Shown piece by piece: positions 18,373 through 27,810 of a stretch of 64,000 bases of DNA. The number at the start of each line of letters is the position of its first letter. Position 1 is the first letter of the stretch. A program made the position numbers and the translations under genes. This stretch comes from Candidatus Cloacimonadales bacterium (lineage in GTDB: Bacteria; Cloacimonadota; Cloacimonadia; Cloacimonadales; JAFGVF01): positions 768,001-832,000 of the forward strand of contig CAXXOU010000001.1 of the NCBI GenBank assembly GCA_963677495.2, in the 5' to 3' direction. The notes under the pieces are model-generated. The model saw only the letters and a program-made list of their open reading frames with translations, was not told the origin of the DNA and searched no databases.

Positions 18373-21300
18373 ATGAAAGCAAGAAGTTTGCTCTGCTTTC
18401 TATTACTGTTTGTGGTAAGTACTGCGTTTGCAGTAATGGAAGTAAGACTAGAAACCGATGATAGATTACAGCTTAGTTTTAAGCTAGATGAATATACTAT
18501 TGTAGAATCTGACACCTATAGTCAGATAAATATTGATAACCTAATGTGGGATAGCCCTGCCGGTACTCCTGAAATTCCATATTATGAGTTCAACGTAGCA
18601 GTCCCTAAAGATGGAGACATTGCTGTTAGTTTAACCACTCTCCAAACTGAAACAGCTAATCTGACTTTACCATTACGACCTGCACCGGAAGTAAGACGTG
18701 GTAAAGAGGTAAGTGAATATCACTATGAAATGAGTGAAAACTACGGTCAATATCAAGGGGATATTCGCATTGATAAAGGTGAATATACTGAGTATAGACG
18801 TTCTGCATTTGTTCCCGTAAGACTTTATCCCATCAGCTATAATGCATCAAGCAATACATTAGATATAGGTATTAAGTTTGATATTAATATCAATATTCTG
18901 GGTAATACGAGAGCAAAGAATAATCATACAGCTAAAGAAGCGAATAGAATCTCACATCTTGTAGTTAACTCCGGTTCAGCAAAGAGCTGGAAGTTGCCTA
19001 GAGAAGAATCAGACATCAACTTTATTGATTGGTCACTTTCTAACCATTGGTATAAATTTAGCACATCCGAGCAGGGAATCATGGAGATAACTGCTAGTGA
19101 TTTAAGCGAATTACCACTGGATGATATCGACCCCAGAACCATTAGAATTCACTCAACTGGTGGTAAGATGTTATCATACCAAGTTGATGAAATGGGTTAT
19201 CAATTAGAGGAAATTCCAATTCTTATCGAAGGAGAAGATGACGGTTCTTTTGATAGTTCAGATAGGATTATTCTCTATGTTGAAGGCCGTGACCTTACAA
19301 GGAAAAACTTAGCCCTTGGTCAATCCTACTATAAGAATCCATATTCAAGTGATACAGTGTATTGGCTTACCTTTGGTGGTAGCTTTCCTGAAGCACCAAA
19401 ACGATTAAGCTATTTGCCAACCTATAGTACTGAAGATATAGAAAGAACTTTTACCAGCTACCCATTTAAGGTACGCAGAGAAAATGAACGCCAAAGACGT
19501 ACCCAAATGGGATTCGAGTGGTATGACTATTTAATGAGTGGAAGTTCATCAGCTACTTATGATTTCAATCTCAATGCTGAAGATGTCTCAGCTGAACAAG
19601 GTGTTTATAAACGATTCGAGATGTCAGTAAGAGAAACGGATTCAGACTTTAATGCATCTACTCATAGAATGGATGTTGACTTTAATAACGAAACAATTGC
19701 TACTTTAACCTGGTTAGGAGCTTCAGCTAAGTTTGTTAGTGTAGTTAACTTTACTCCTGTTAGTGGTAGCAATGCAATTGAGTTGACTGTTAATAGATCC
19801 GGTTCAGATGATATCTTACTTGATTATATAAATATGACCTATTATAGGGACTTAATAAAGCGTTCCGGTAAGCAATACAAACTATCAATTATGGATTTTG
19901 ATGAGAATCAGGTCACCGATTTTAGATTCACTAAAGACAACAGTGAAGATGTGTTTGTCTTGCAGGCAGATGACTTTAACAAAGCTTGGTTGGTTCACCA
20001 CGAAATGGATGGGAATGATTTTAACTTTATTGCAAATTGTACCCAGGTTGGTGGTGAATATACTGAAGAAACAGAGTATATTATAGCATCTCCTGATGAT
20101 TTTATTGAACCGGGAGCTATAGAAGCATACTATCCGGAAGATTTGTCAGTAGCAGAAGCTGTTGACTATCTCATCATTACACCTCAAGAGTTCTTCAATC
20201 AGGCTGATAGATTAGCTCAAATATATAGTAACAACCGTAACTTAAACTGTAAAGTTGTAACTATGGAAAGAGTTATTGATCAGTTTAATGGTGGCATGGA
20301 TGACCCCGGTGCTATAAGAACATATATCTACCATGTGGATAGAGTTAACCCAAGCTCCGAAGATATGTCTGTTGTTCTTATAGGATCCAGTACTTACGAT
20401 TGGAGAAACAATTCCGGTGGTGCTGCCGATAAGAATAAGATGCTTATGTATCAGGAAGGTTCTGTTGCTAGTGACGATTACTTCGTGATGCTTCGCCAAA
20501 ATGCCAGACCTGAACTTCCGATTGGTAGAATTCCGGCTCAAAACGAACAGCAATTAGAGCTGCAAATTGATAGAATTGAGGAATGGAACACAAGCATCAA
20601 TCCGGGTTGGTGGCGAGATACAGTACTGTTTCTTGCTGATGATGACGAAAACGGTGAAGCTTCAGGAGAGTATTCACATACAAGACAAGTTCAAGAGGCT
20701 TCTGAAGTTATCAATCGAAGCGTACTAGTTGAGAAGATATATGCAATTGACTATGAAATGGATGAGTATAAAAAGAAACCTCAAGTTAAAAATAAGTTTG
20801 TAGAAGAGATAAACGAAGGTGCGTTGATATGGTATTATGTTGGTCATGGTTCTTACGATAAACTTGGAACAGAAGACTATTTCAGTGCAATCACAGATAT
20901 TGATAAATTAGATAATACTGATAAGTTAAACTTGTTTATCGCTGCATCTTGTGATGTCGGGCAATTCGATAGCTATAATTTTGATTCATTAGGCGAACAA
21001 CTTCTATTTGCTGATAATGGTGGTGCTATTGCTACTATCTCAGCTACTAGAGAATGTTATGGTAATCAAAATACGTCTCTTATTGAGTTTTTCTTTATCC
21101 ACAACTGTAATGAGAGGCTCTCTATAGGGGAATCACTTATGCTTGCGAAAGCTCAGTCTTCATATGCATCAAATGATAAGAAATATATACTGCTTGGTGA
21201 TCCGTTATTACATATTGTACCACCGGCTGTAGATAACTCAGTTACAACTTCATCAGTAGATGGTATCTTTAACTCTAGAGAAAAGATAGTGCTTGAAGGT

Positions 21301-22236
21301 CAATTTATAAACAGTTTATCAAATGGTGTTGCAGAATTCAGAGCTATCGATAATGATAAGTTCAGTGTTATGCCTGATTTGAATCAATACGCTGTAAATG
21401 GATTACCGTACTACAATGGTGAAGTTAGCGTGAAAGATGGTGAGTATGAATCAACATTTATCATCCCTGATGATATTAGCAATGGTGAGTTAGGTAGAAC
21501 GCTTGCCTATTTCTATGATGAAACTCAGAAGATGGATTTTGTTAGTGTTCTCACTCCGATTTCCTACAGCGATGATCATGTTCAGGTTACAGATACAACA
21601 CCTCCGGTAGCCGAAATCTGGATTGACAATGAAAGTTTTCAGACCGGTGATAGTGTTAGTAAAGAACCTCTATTCCATGCAACTATCAGTGATGAATCAG
21701 GTGTAAATACATTAGGTGCACCTGGTCATAAGATACTTCTCGATTTAGATGACAACAGTGCTTTGTACGACTTTACAGACCACTTCATCTATGACACAGA
21801 CTCATACCAGCAGGGAACCTTAGAAGTAACTCTAACTGATCTGGAACCCGGATATCATAGAGCAACGCTGATTGTATTTGATAATTATAACAATCCATCA
21901 GTCACAACAGTTGATTTTGAGACAACTGATCAGAAAGGTTATGCTTTACATGATTTCCTTCCATATCCTAATCCAATGCCAAAATCAGGTGGTGACTTTA
22001 CTTTCAGAGTAAACGAGTTATCTGATTATACAATAAAAATCTATACTATCTCCGGTAAGAAGATTCGAACTTTAAAGGGTTTCGGAAACGGATTTATCCA
22101 AGTTCCATGGAATGGTAGAGATGACAGGGGAAGCAAGCTTGCAAACAATACTTACTTCCTAAAACTGAAAACAAAATCACGATTTACAAATAAGAGTCTT
22201 GAAAAGACGCAGAAACTTGTAATCTTCGATAAATAA
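18373..22236 (+). CDS. porU: PorU-like C25 (gingipain-family) sortase with FlgD-type C-terminal domain
   Basis: Signal peptide; DPRTIRI and EIPI..GEDDGSFD..D.I motifs; IGRIP; catalytic YVGHG and ASC; LLGDP; PYPNP...WNGRD CTD; RBS aggagg at 18362 (ORF track start 18304). Confidence 0.82.
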   Translation: MKARSLLCFLLLFVVSTAFAVMEVRLETDDRLQLSFKLDEYTIVESDTYSQINIDNLMWDSPAGTPEIPYYEFNVAVPKDGDIAVSLTTLQTETANLTLPLRPAPEVRRGKEVSEYHYEMSENYGQYQGDIRIDKGEYTEYRRSAFVPVRLYPISYNASSNTLDIGIKFDININILGNTRAKNNHTAKEANRISHLVVNSGSAKSWKLPREESDINFIDWSLSNHWYKFSTSEQGIMEITASDLSELPLDDIDPRTIRIHSTGGKMLSYQVDEMGYQLEEIPILIEGEDDGSFDSSDRIILYVEGRDLTRKNLALGQSYYKNPYSSDTVYWLTFGGSFPEAPKRLSYLPTYSTEDIERTFTSYPFKVRRENERQRRTQMGFEWYDYLMSGSSSATYDFNLNAEDVSAEQGVYKRFEMSVRETDSDFNASTHRMDVDFNNETIATLTWLGASAKFVSVVNFTPVSGSNAIELTVNRSGSDDILLDYINMTYYRDLIKRSGKQYKLSIMDFDENQVTDFRFTKDNSEDVFVLQADDFNKAWLVHHEMDGNDFNFIANCTQVGGEYTEETEYIIASPDDFIEPGAIEAYYPEDLSVAEAVDYLIITPQEFFNQADRLAQIYSNNRNLNCKVVTMERVIDQFNGGMDDPGAIRTYIYHVDRVNPSSEDMSVVLIGSSTYDWRNNSGGAADKNKMLMYQEGSVASDDYFVMLRQNARPELPIGRIPAQNEQQLELQIDRIEEWNTSINPGWWRDTVLFLADDDENGEASGEYSHTRQVQEASEVINRSVLVEKIYAIDYEMDEYKKKPQVKNKFVEEINEGALIWYYVGHGSYDKLGTEDYFSAITDIDKLDNTDKLNLFIAASCDVGQFDSYNFDSLGEQLLFADNGGAIATISATRECYGNQNTSLIEFFFIHNCNERLSIGESLMLAKAQSSYASNDKKYILLGDPLLHIVPPAVDNSVTTSSVDGIFNSREKIVLEGQFINSLSNGVAEFRAIDNDKFSVMPDLNQYAVNGLPYYNGEVSVKDGEYESTFIIPDDISNGELGRTLAYFYDETQKMDFVSVLTPISYSDDHVQVTDTTPPVAEIWIDNESFQTGDSVSKEPLFHATISDESGVNTLGAPGHKILLDLDDNSALYDFTDHFIYDTDSYQQGTLEVTLTDLEPGYHRATLIVFDNYNNPSVTTVDFETTDQKGYALHDFLPYPNPMPKSGGDFTFRVNELSDYTIKIYTISGKKIRTLKGFGNGFIQVPWNGRDDRGSKLANNTYFLKLKTKSRFTNKSLEKTQKLVIFDK

Positions 22237-22244
22237 ACTCTTAA

Positions 22245-22274
22245 CGAGGAGTGGTTAATACCACTCCTCATTTT
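22245..22274 (+). terminator. Intrinsic terminator after porU
   Basis: gaggagtgg/ccactcctc perfect stem followed by atttt. Confidence 0.6.
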
Positions 22275-23309
22275 ATTAAGGTATCTATGCTTAAATCAAA
22301 CCTACTCCTACTAAACAGAATATTTAATCCTCACAGGCTAGTGAATGCGATAAAAATATATTCCTCACTGTTCATCTCAAACATTTCGAAGAAAGCAGTA
22401 GTTTGGGGATATCCAACTGCTGTTATGATTGAACCGACCAATATTTGTAACCTTAAATGCCCTCTGTGCCCATCAGGAAATGGCACTTTACAGAGAGCTA
22501 AAGGTTTTATGGATTTTGAAGTTTATAAGAGCATTATTGATCAAATTTGTAGATATAGCTATCTAGTTGTGCTTTGGAATCAGGGTGAATCTTTTTTGCA
22601 TCCTCAATTTGTTGAGATGATAGATTATGCTAACAGTAAAGGATTATACACTCTCTCTTCTACTAATGCTAACACAGATTTAGATGCAGAGAAGATAGTG
22701 AAGTCGGGATTGGATAGACTCATTGTTTCAATGGATGGAACTACCCAGGAAACCTATAATAAATATAGAGTTAATGGTAAACTTGATAAAGTAATTGATA
22801 ATATCAAAGCTATCAGGGAAGCGAAGAAAAGACTTAAATCCAGCACACCTATTGTAGAACTTCAGTTCTTGGTACTTCGTCATAACGAACATGAAATTGA
22901 CGATATTCGAAAGCTTGCTAAAGAACTTGAAGTTGACCAGTTACGTCTTAAAACAGCTCAGATATACTCAAAAGAGGATATTACTACCTTTCTTCCTCTA
23001 AATCCTAAATTTAGAAGATACAAAATTATTGATGGAGATTTTGAGCTGAAGTTTGGTATAAAGAATCGTTGTAAGCGTATCTGGGAAAACCCTGTAATCA
23101 ATTGGAATGGTGATATGGCTGTTTGTTGTTTTGATAAAGAGGCATCGATTAAGCTTGGAAACATAAAAGAGCAAAGCTTTAAGCAGTTATTTCAAGGAAA
23201 AAGATTCAATAGCTTTCGACAGGCAATACTAAAAAACAGAAGTAAGTTTGAAGTCTGTAGAAATTGTGGAGAGGGTGTTAGACTCAGTATCGAAACAAAG
23301 AATAGTTAG
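22251..23309 (+). CDS. Radical SAM protein with SPASM/twitch domain
   Basis: CNLKCPLC (CxxxCxxC); C-terminal C..IW...INWNG...CC...CRNC; real start probably 22287. Confidence 0.9.
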   Translation: MVNTTPHFIKVSMLKSNLLLLNRIFNPHRLVNAIKIYSSLFISNISKKAVVWGYPTAVMIEPTNICNLKCPLCPSGNGTLQRAKGFMDFEVYKSIIDQICRYSYLVVLWNQGESFLHPQFVEMIDYANSKGLYTLSSTNANTDLDAEKIVKSGLDRLIVSMDGTTQETYNKYRVNGKLDKVIDNIKAIREAKKRLKSSTPIVELQFLVLRHNEHEIDDIRKLAKELEVDQLRLKTAQIYSKEDITTFLPLNPKFRRYKIIDGDFELKFGIKNRCKRIWENPVINWNGDMAVCCFDKEASIKLGNIKEQSFKQLFQGKRFNSFRQAILKNRSKFEVCRNCGEGVRLSIETKNS

Positions 23310-23317
23310 AGGAGAAT

Positions 23318-23770
23318 ATGGACAAAAGAAAGCGCTACCAAAGAATAGAGTCACAATTTAGAGATTTGCTTAAGAAATGCCCTAATATGCTCGCCAGGAT
23401 GGCTACCTTGTCAGCCTTGCTACATCATAAACTCGAGAACTTGTCATGGACCGGATATTATCATATGGTTGATGGAACTCTTACAGTACTATCTTATCAA
23501 GGACCGGTTGCTTGTCAGGAACTTGCCAAAGATGTGGGAGTTTGTTGGGCAGCTATCAATGAAAAGAGAACGCTTGTTGTGCCTGATGTGCATAAGTTCC
23601 CGGGTCATATTGCCTGTGATAGCAGAACGAACTCTGAGATTGTTGTGCCAATATATAATCAAAATGGTGATTTTGTTGCAGTCTTAGATATTGATAGTCA
23701 CCAATTCAACACATTCGATGAAGTGGATAAAGAGGAGTTAGAAAAGCTGATTAAGCTGATGTACTCTTAA
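23318..23770 (+). CDS. msrC: GAF-domain free methionine-(R)-sulfoxide reductase
   Basis: WTGYY, QGPVAC, GVC, GHIACD..SEIVVP and LDIDS motifs. Confidence 0.85.
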   Translation: MDKRKRYQRIESQFRDLLKKCPNMLARMATLSALLHHKLENLSWTGYYHMVDGTLTVLSYQGPVACQELAKDVGVCWAAINEKRTLVVPDVHKFPGHIACDSRTNSEIVVPIYNQNGDFVAVLDIDSHQFNTFDEVDKEELEKLIKLMYS

Positions 23771-23776
23771 GGTAAC

Positions 23777-24874
23777 CTACTCAATCTCCCCATCCTCATA
23801 CATCTGTTTCTTTCCACCGGAAATTATCAGTAGGATTACAGCGAAGGCTACTGATATTCCTATAACATACAATATCGAGTAACTGTAATCTCCGTATCTA
23901 TAGGCTCTGAGGGCATATACGCTATACAGGATAACACCAAACACCCAGACTTTTACCAAGTATGGGAAGATCATTATGCGTATCCAAATCGCACCAAGTA
24001 TATCAAGCATCGGAAACAATATTAAGAACAGATTAAATACAGTAAGGATCACCATTGTTGGAGCTGTCACAAAATCACCATAGAGCAAGTACACTCCTAA
24101 CAAGTGAAGTATTGAAATAGCTGTAATGTAGATAAACATTCTATGTGAACCTACAATTCCTTCGATTACTCTACCGGCAACTACTAGCATAAATACTGAG
24201 ATAGTGCGTGAGTACTCATCAAAAACAAATAGTTGCTTGAAAACATCAACCGAACCTAAACTATTCATATCGGACAATGACTTGAAAAAACCTGTATAGT
24301 TATATAAAATAGAACACAGAATAATTAAGGCTGTATAGATGTATGTAATGACTGCACTGTTCTCAAAATATGGTCCATTGATTAATTCAGGAAAGAACAT
24401 ATGACGAAGCGTAGCTTGTTGCTTCAAAGGCGTAAACATATGCTTGTTTTCTGAGTATGCTTTATTGAGTGTTTTCTCTCCGTCTAAGTTCTTCTCAATA
24501 TCCCTAAAGTCTTTCTTAAAGTTTTTCCTCTTAAAATCCGGGACTTTCCGCTTTGCCATCGGTATTTCATCTAAAGACTTAGCAGGAAGTACTGCATAGT
24601 TACAATAGGAACACACTTCCACAATCGGAGTTCCACTCAGTGAACTCACTCGTTTCGATTTCATTGCTAAGCCACAACCGGGACACGCAGTTCCCATACT
24701 CCCATTATCAGTAACATCCTGCCTTAATGCCAAAAGAGAAGCTCTTTCTCTACCGTTCATTAGAAGAGTGGAAACACTAACAACTGCATGATTACAATTG
24801 GGGCATAAGTATAGTATATCAGGATTTTCAGGTACAGGAATCATCTCAACTGTGCATTTAGGACATTTTGGCAT
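23777..24874 (-). CDS. Zinc-ribbon membrane protein with rhomboid-like architecture
   Basis: Four CxxC pairs at the N-terminus followed by about six TM helices (GRVIEGIVG..R); RBS ggaggt before MPKCPKC. Confidence 0.65.
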   Translation of the reverse strand: MPKCPKCTVEMIPVPENPDILYLCPNCNHAVVSVSTLLMNGRERASLLALRQDVTDNGSMGTACPGCGLAMKSKRVSSLSGTPIVEVCSYCNYAVLPAKSLDEIPMAKRKVPDFKRKNFKKDFRDIEKNLDGEKTLNKAYSENKHMFTPLKQQATLRHMFFPELINGPYFENSAVITYIYTALIILCSILYNYTGFFKSLSDMNSLGSVDVFKQLFVFDEYSRTISVFMLVVAGRVIEGIVGSHRMFIYITAISILHLLGVYLLYGDFVTAPTMVILTVFNLFLILFPMLDILGAIWIRIMIFPYLVKVWVFGVILYSVYALRAYRYGDYSYSILYVIGISVAFAVILLIISGGKKQMYEDGEIE

Positions 24875-24985
24875 ACATACCTCCATAGAAACAACACTCA
24901 TCATCTTTTGTATGTCAATATAAAGTTTGTAACTGTATATACTATGGGCAAGGTTTATTGAAAGTTTAATAGTCGAATAAATATA

Positions 24986-25016
24986 AAAAGACTACCGAGA
25001 GTATCGGTAGCCTTTA
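24986..25016 (-). terminator. Intrinsic terminator of the M6 protease gene
   Basis: aaagactaccga/tcggtagccttt stem. Confidence 0.65.
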
Positions 25017-25036
25017 AGTTTATAATGAAAATGAAA

Positions 25037-27700
25037 CTATTTAAGCAGTAACATCTTCCTTGTTTTAGTGTAGGAACCTTTAGCAAGTTTATAGAAGTAA
25101 ACACCTGATGGAACAGGTTTGTTATCACTATCTTCACCATGCCAAATGATTGTGTGTCTACCGGCATTCATTGAACCTGATTTCAGAGTAGTGATTTTCT
25201 GACCAAGAAGGTTATAAACAGATAAATCAACATCCCCTGCTTCTTTCAAATTGAATGAGATAGAAGTAACAGGATTGAATGGGTTAGGGTAATTCTGTTC
25301 CAATGTAGTCATAATAGGAACTTGAGTCTCATCTGAGTTTGGTACAGCACCATTAGCTGAAAGAATAACAAAGTTTTCAACTAAGAGAAGTTCACTATCA
25401 TTATCCGAAACACAATTAATTGCAATACGAATATCGGTGCCGGTGTAAGCTGTAAGCATAACTCTTTGCATAGTCCAATCTGCACCTGCTTCGATAGGTG
25501 AATCACCAGATACTTCTATAAAATCAGCCGGATCTGTACTGCCTTCAGAAACTAGAACCCTGAACTTCATAGGTTGGTTACCATATGACCTTTGGTAGAA
25601 TTGTACGTAACTACCACCATCGATATGAACTTCTGGAGAGATAAACCAATCATTGTTGTTTACACCATCAGCTCTAATTGCAGCAAGTGTATGATAACCT
25701 GACATAGCGACAATATCTTCATCAGGGAAAAGAGTTCGTGTATCTACAATGCCGAAACCACCTGTTGTACCTTCCCAAGGGATATCGAAATCAGCTAAAT
25801 CAACGTTGTTAACGCCATCTTCATCAAGACTAATCCAGTTTGGGATAATCATATCACCATGGTTAAAGCCTTCAAAGTCTTCTGCTACAATAGTTATTGG
25901 GTTAGCTATTTCTACATAATACTCATCAACAGCCCAGCTGCCGTCAGTTCCGTTAGCTTTTACACCAACTAATAGCTGACCTGTCTGTGTTCCGGTTGCA
26001 TAATCAAACTCCCAAGGACCTTCAGTAAGAGTTTGAGCAAGTGTTCCATTGATATAAAACTCAACATTCTCAAGGTTATCAAGACTGTTCCAAGGATCAG
26101 CAACAATATGAACAGTTTCTCCTTGAAGATATATTGAGCCAGTTACCGGTTCTAACATTTCACAAGTTGTATAAGGGATGTCCATATCAAGGAAACTAAA
26201 AGTAATATCACCATCAACTGTTTCGTTGATATAAGTTATAGGTTTATTAGTAGGTTGTCCAGCCCAGCTTAAACTGTTTGGATTACTCCAGTCATGGAAA
26301 GAGTTTATCTGCATAGTACCCGGAAGTGGGCATGATGCAGAGTTGATATTGCCATTATAAGCTTTAGGATAAAAGCCTTGATGCGCAGTGTTGTTTAAAT
26401 TATTTTGTGGAGCATGATCCATTACATGGTCTTCATCAAAGTGATAGATTATCAGACCATGCCCTGGTACATCACCATTAAAGCTAATCTGCTGTCTATT
26501 TTCAAGAACGTAGAACTCATTATTTGTAGTTGTTTCAAAGATATAGAAATCATGAGCTTCATTAGAGTTTTGTATTGTAATATCTGTAATGTCAGTGTAT
26601 TGGTCTAAATCAGTGAACTCACACCATCCGTAATATTGTTTCATTAACGGGTTATGATGAGCAGGAAGTGAACCACCGGGGCTACCATTCCATGAACCAC
26701 CGGCCATGAGGTCCCACTGACCTGTACCGGGATAACTACCACCTGTTTCATAATCAGTATCGTAGAAGTCAGGTGCACCGAGGTTGTGACCAAACTCATG
26801 ACACATTACACCAATAGTACTAATATTACCATTATAGATTTCAGGTTGGGATGTATACGCACCAACAGTTACACCGTCATAAGTAACTTCTTCTCCATAA
26901 TAGATTAAGTTTGAGCTATGTGACCATATATCAGTAGGATCACCTGATGCTTCTTGACCGGGACCTTGGTGGATGATAGCAATACCATCTACCCAGCCAT
27001 CATTATCATTATCAAACTGTGAGAAATCAAGTCCTGCAGCTTCAGCAGCATCAACAGCATGACGAGTAAACAAACCCCAGTTATTCTGATAGTCATCATG
27101 TCCCCAAGGAACAGTAACCCATTCAGTTACGACTGTATTGACTGTCAGCTGATTATGAGATACTTCATGATAATAATCTCTAAAACTTCCAATACCATTG
27201 TAGTTCTCTGAATTCATATAAGCATCAAAGTCTGCTTGTGCAAATTGAGTGTTTGTGTCACTAAAGTTAGCAAGAATCATAAGAAGGTTGTTTGTTCCAA
27301 CTGAAGGGAAGCCATCTCTTGTTTGTCTAGGGACTGGAATGTTTTCTTTCATACTTTCAATCTGTCTTCTACTAAAGAAGATATCTTTCTCAACTTGACC
27401 AAGAAAAACCTGTTCTCTCTCAGTTCTTAACTCCGGATTTCCGGCTACCATTCCAGACGCAACCATATCTCCATTATCGTTAAGCATTGCATAAACTTTA
27501 TTTCCATCTTTTGAATTAAGAAGTTTGTAGCCATCGATAGTCTCTGACCAATTGATTCTTTCGTCACCTCTCACATAGATACTTAAATCGGTTCCATCCG
27601 TCTGTTTCCAAGTTGTTAATTCAGGGGATGCCGGGACAGCAATAACGCTTAATACGTTAATAAGTGCTAACGTTAGTAGCAATAATACTTTGTTCCGCAT
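25037..27700 (-). CDS. Secreted M6-family (immune inhibitor A-like) metalloprotease with adhesin-like and FlgD/T9SS-type C-terminal domains
   Basis: Signal peptide; HEFGHNLGAPDFYD zinc motif; WDLMAGGSW; ENRQ; NYPNPFNP...GVYFYKL...KMLLLK CTD. Confidence 0.92.
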   Translation of the reverse strand: MRNKVLLLLTLALINVLSVIAVPASPELTTWKQTDGTDLSIYVRGDERINWSETIDGYKLLNSKDGNKVYAMLNDNGDMVASGMVAGNPELRTEREQVFLGQVEKDIFFSRRQIESMKENIPVPRQTRDGFPSVGTNNLLMILANFSDTNTQFAQADFDAYMNSENYNGIGSFRDYYHEVSHNQLTVNTVVTEWVTVPWGHDDYQNNWGLFTRHAVDAAEAAGLDFSQFDNDNDGWVDGIAIIHQGPGQEASGDPTDIWSHSSNLIYYGEEVTYDGVTVGAYTSQPEIYNGNISTIGVMCHEFGHNLGAPDFYDTDYETGGSYPGTGQWDLMAGGSWNGSPGGSLPAHHNPLMKQYYGWCEFTDLDQYTDITDITIQNSNEAHDFYIFETTTNNEFYVLENRQQISFNGDVPGHGLIIYHFDEDHVMDHAPQNNLNNTAHQGFYPKAYNGNINSASCPLPGTMQINSFHDWSNPNSLSWAGQPTNKPITYINETVDGDITFSFLDMDIPYTTCEMLEPVTGSIYLQGETVHIVADPWNSLDNLENVEFYINGTLAQTLTEGPWEFDYATGTQTGQLLVGVKANGTDGSWAVDEYYVEIANPITIVAEDFEGFNHGDMIIPNWISLDEDGVNNVDLADFDIPWEGTTGGFGIVDTRTLFPDEDIVAMSGYHTLAAIRADGVNNNDWFISPEVHIDGGSYVQFYQRSYGNQPMKFRVLVSEGSTDPADFIEVSGDSPIEAGADWTMQRVMLTAYTGTDIRIAINCVSDNDSELLLVENFVILSANGAVPNSDETQVPIMTTLEQNYPNPFNPVTSISFNLKEAGDVDLSVYNLLGQKITTLKSGSMNAGRHTIIWHGEDSDNKPVPSGVYFYKLAKGSYTKTRKMLLLK

Positions 27701-27810
27701 AATCTTCTCCTTTTCTACGTGACAAGATAATCGAAACAGGGGGTTTTATGTCAAAAAATATTTTCTTGCCCAAATGCAATGCACGGAAAATCATGCGTTG
27801 AGGTAACAAA

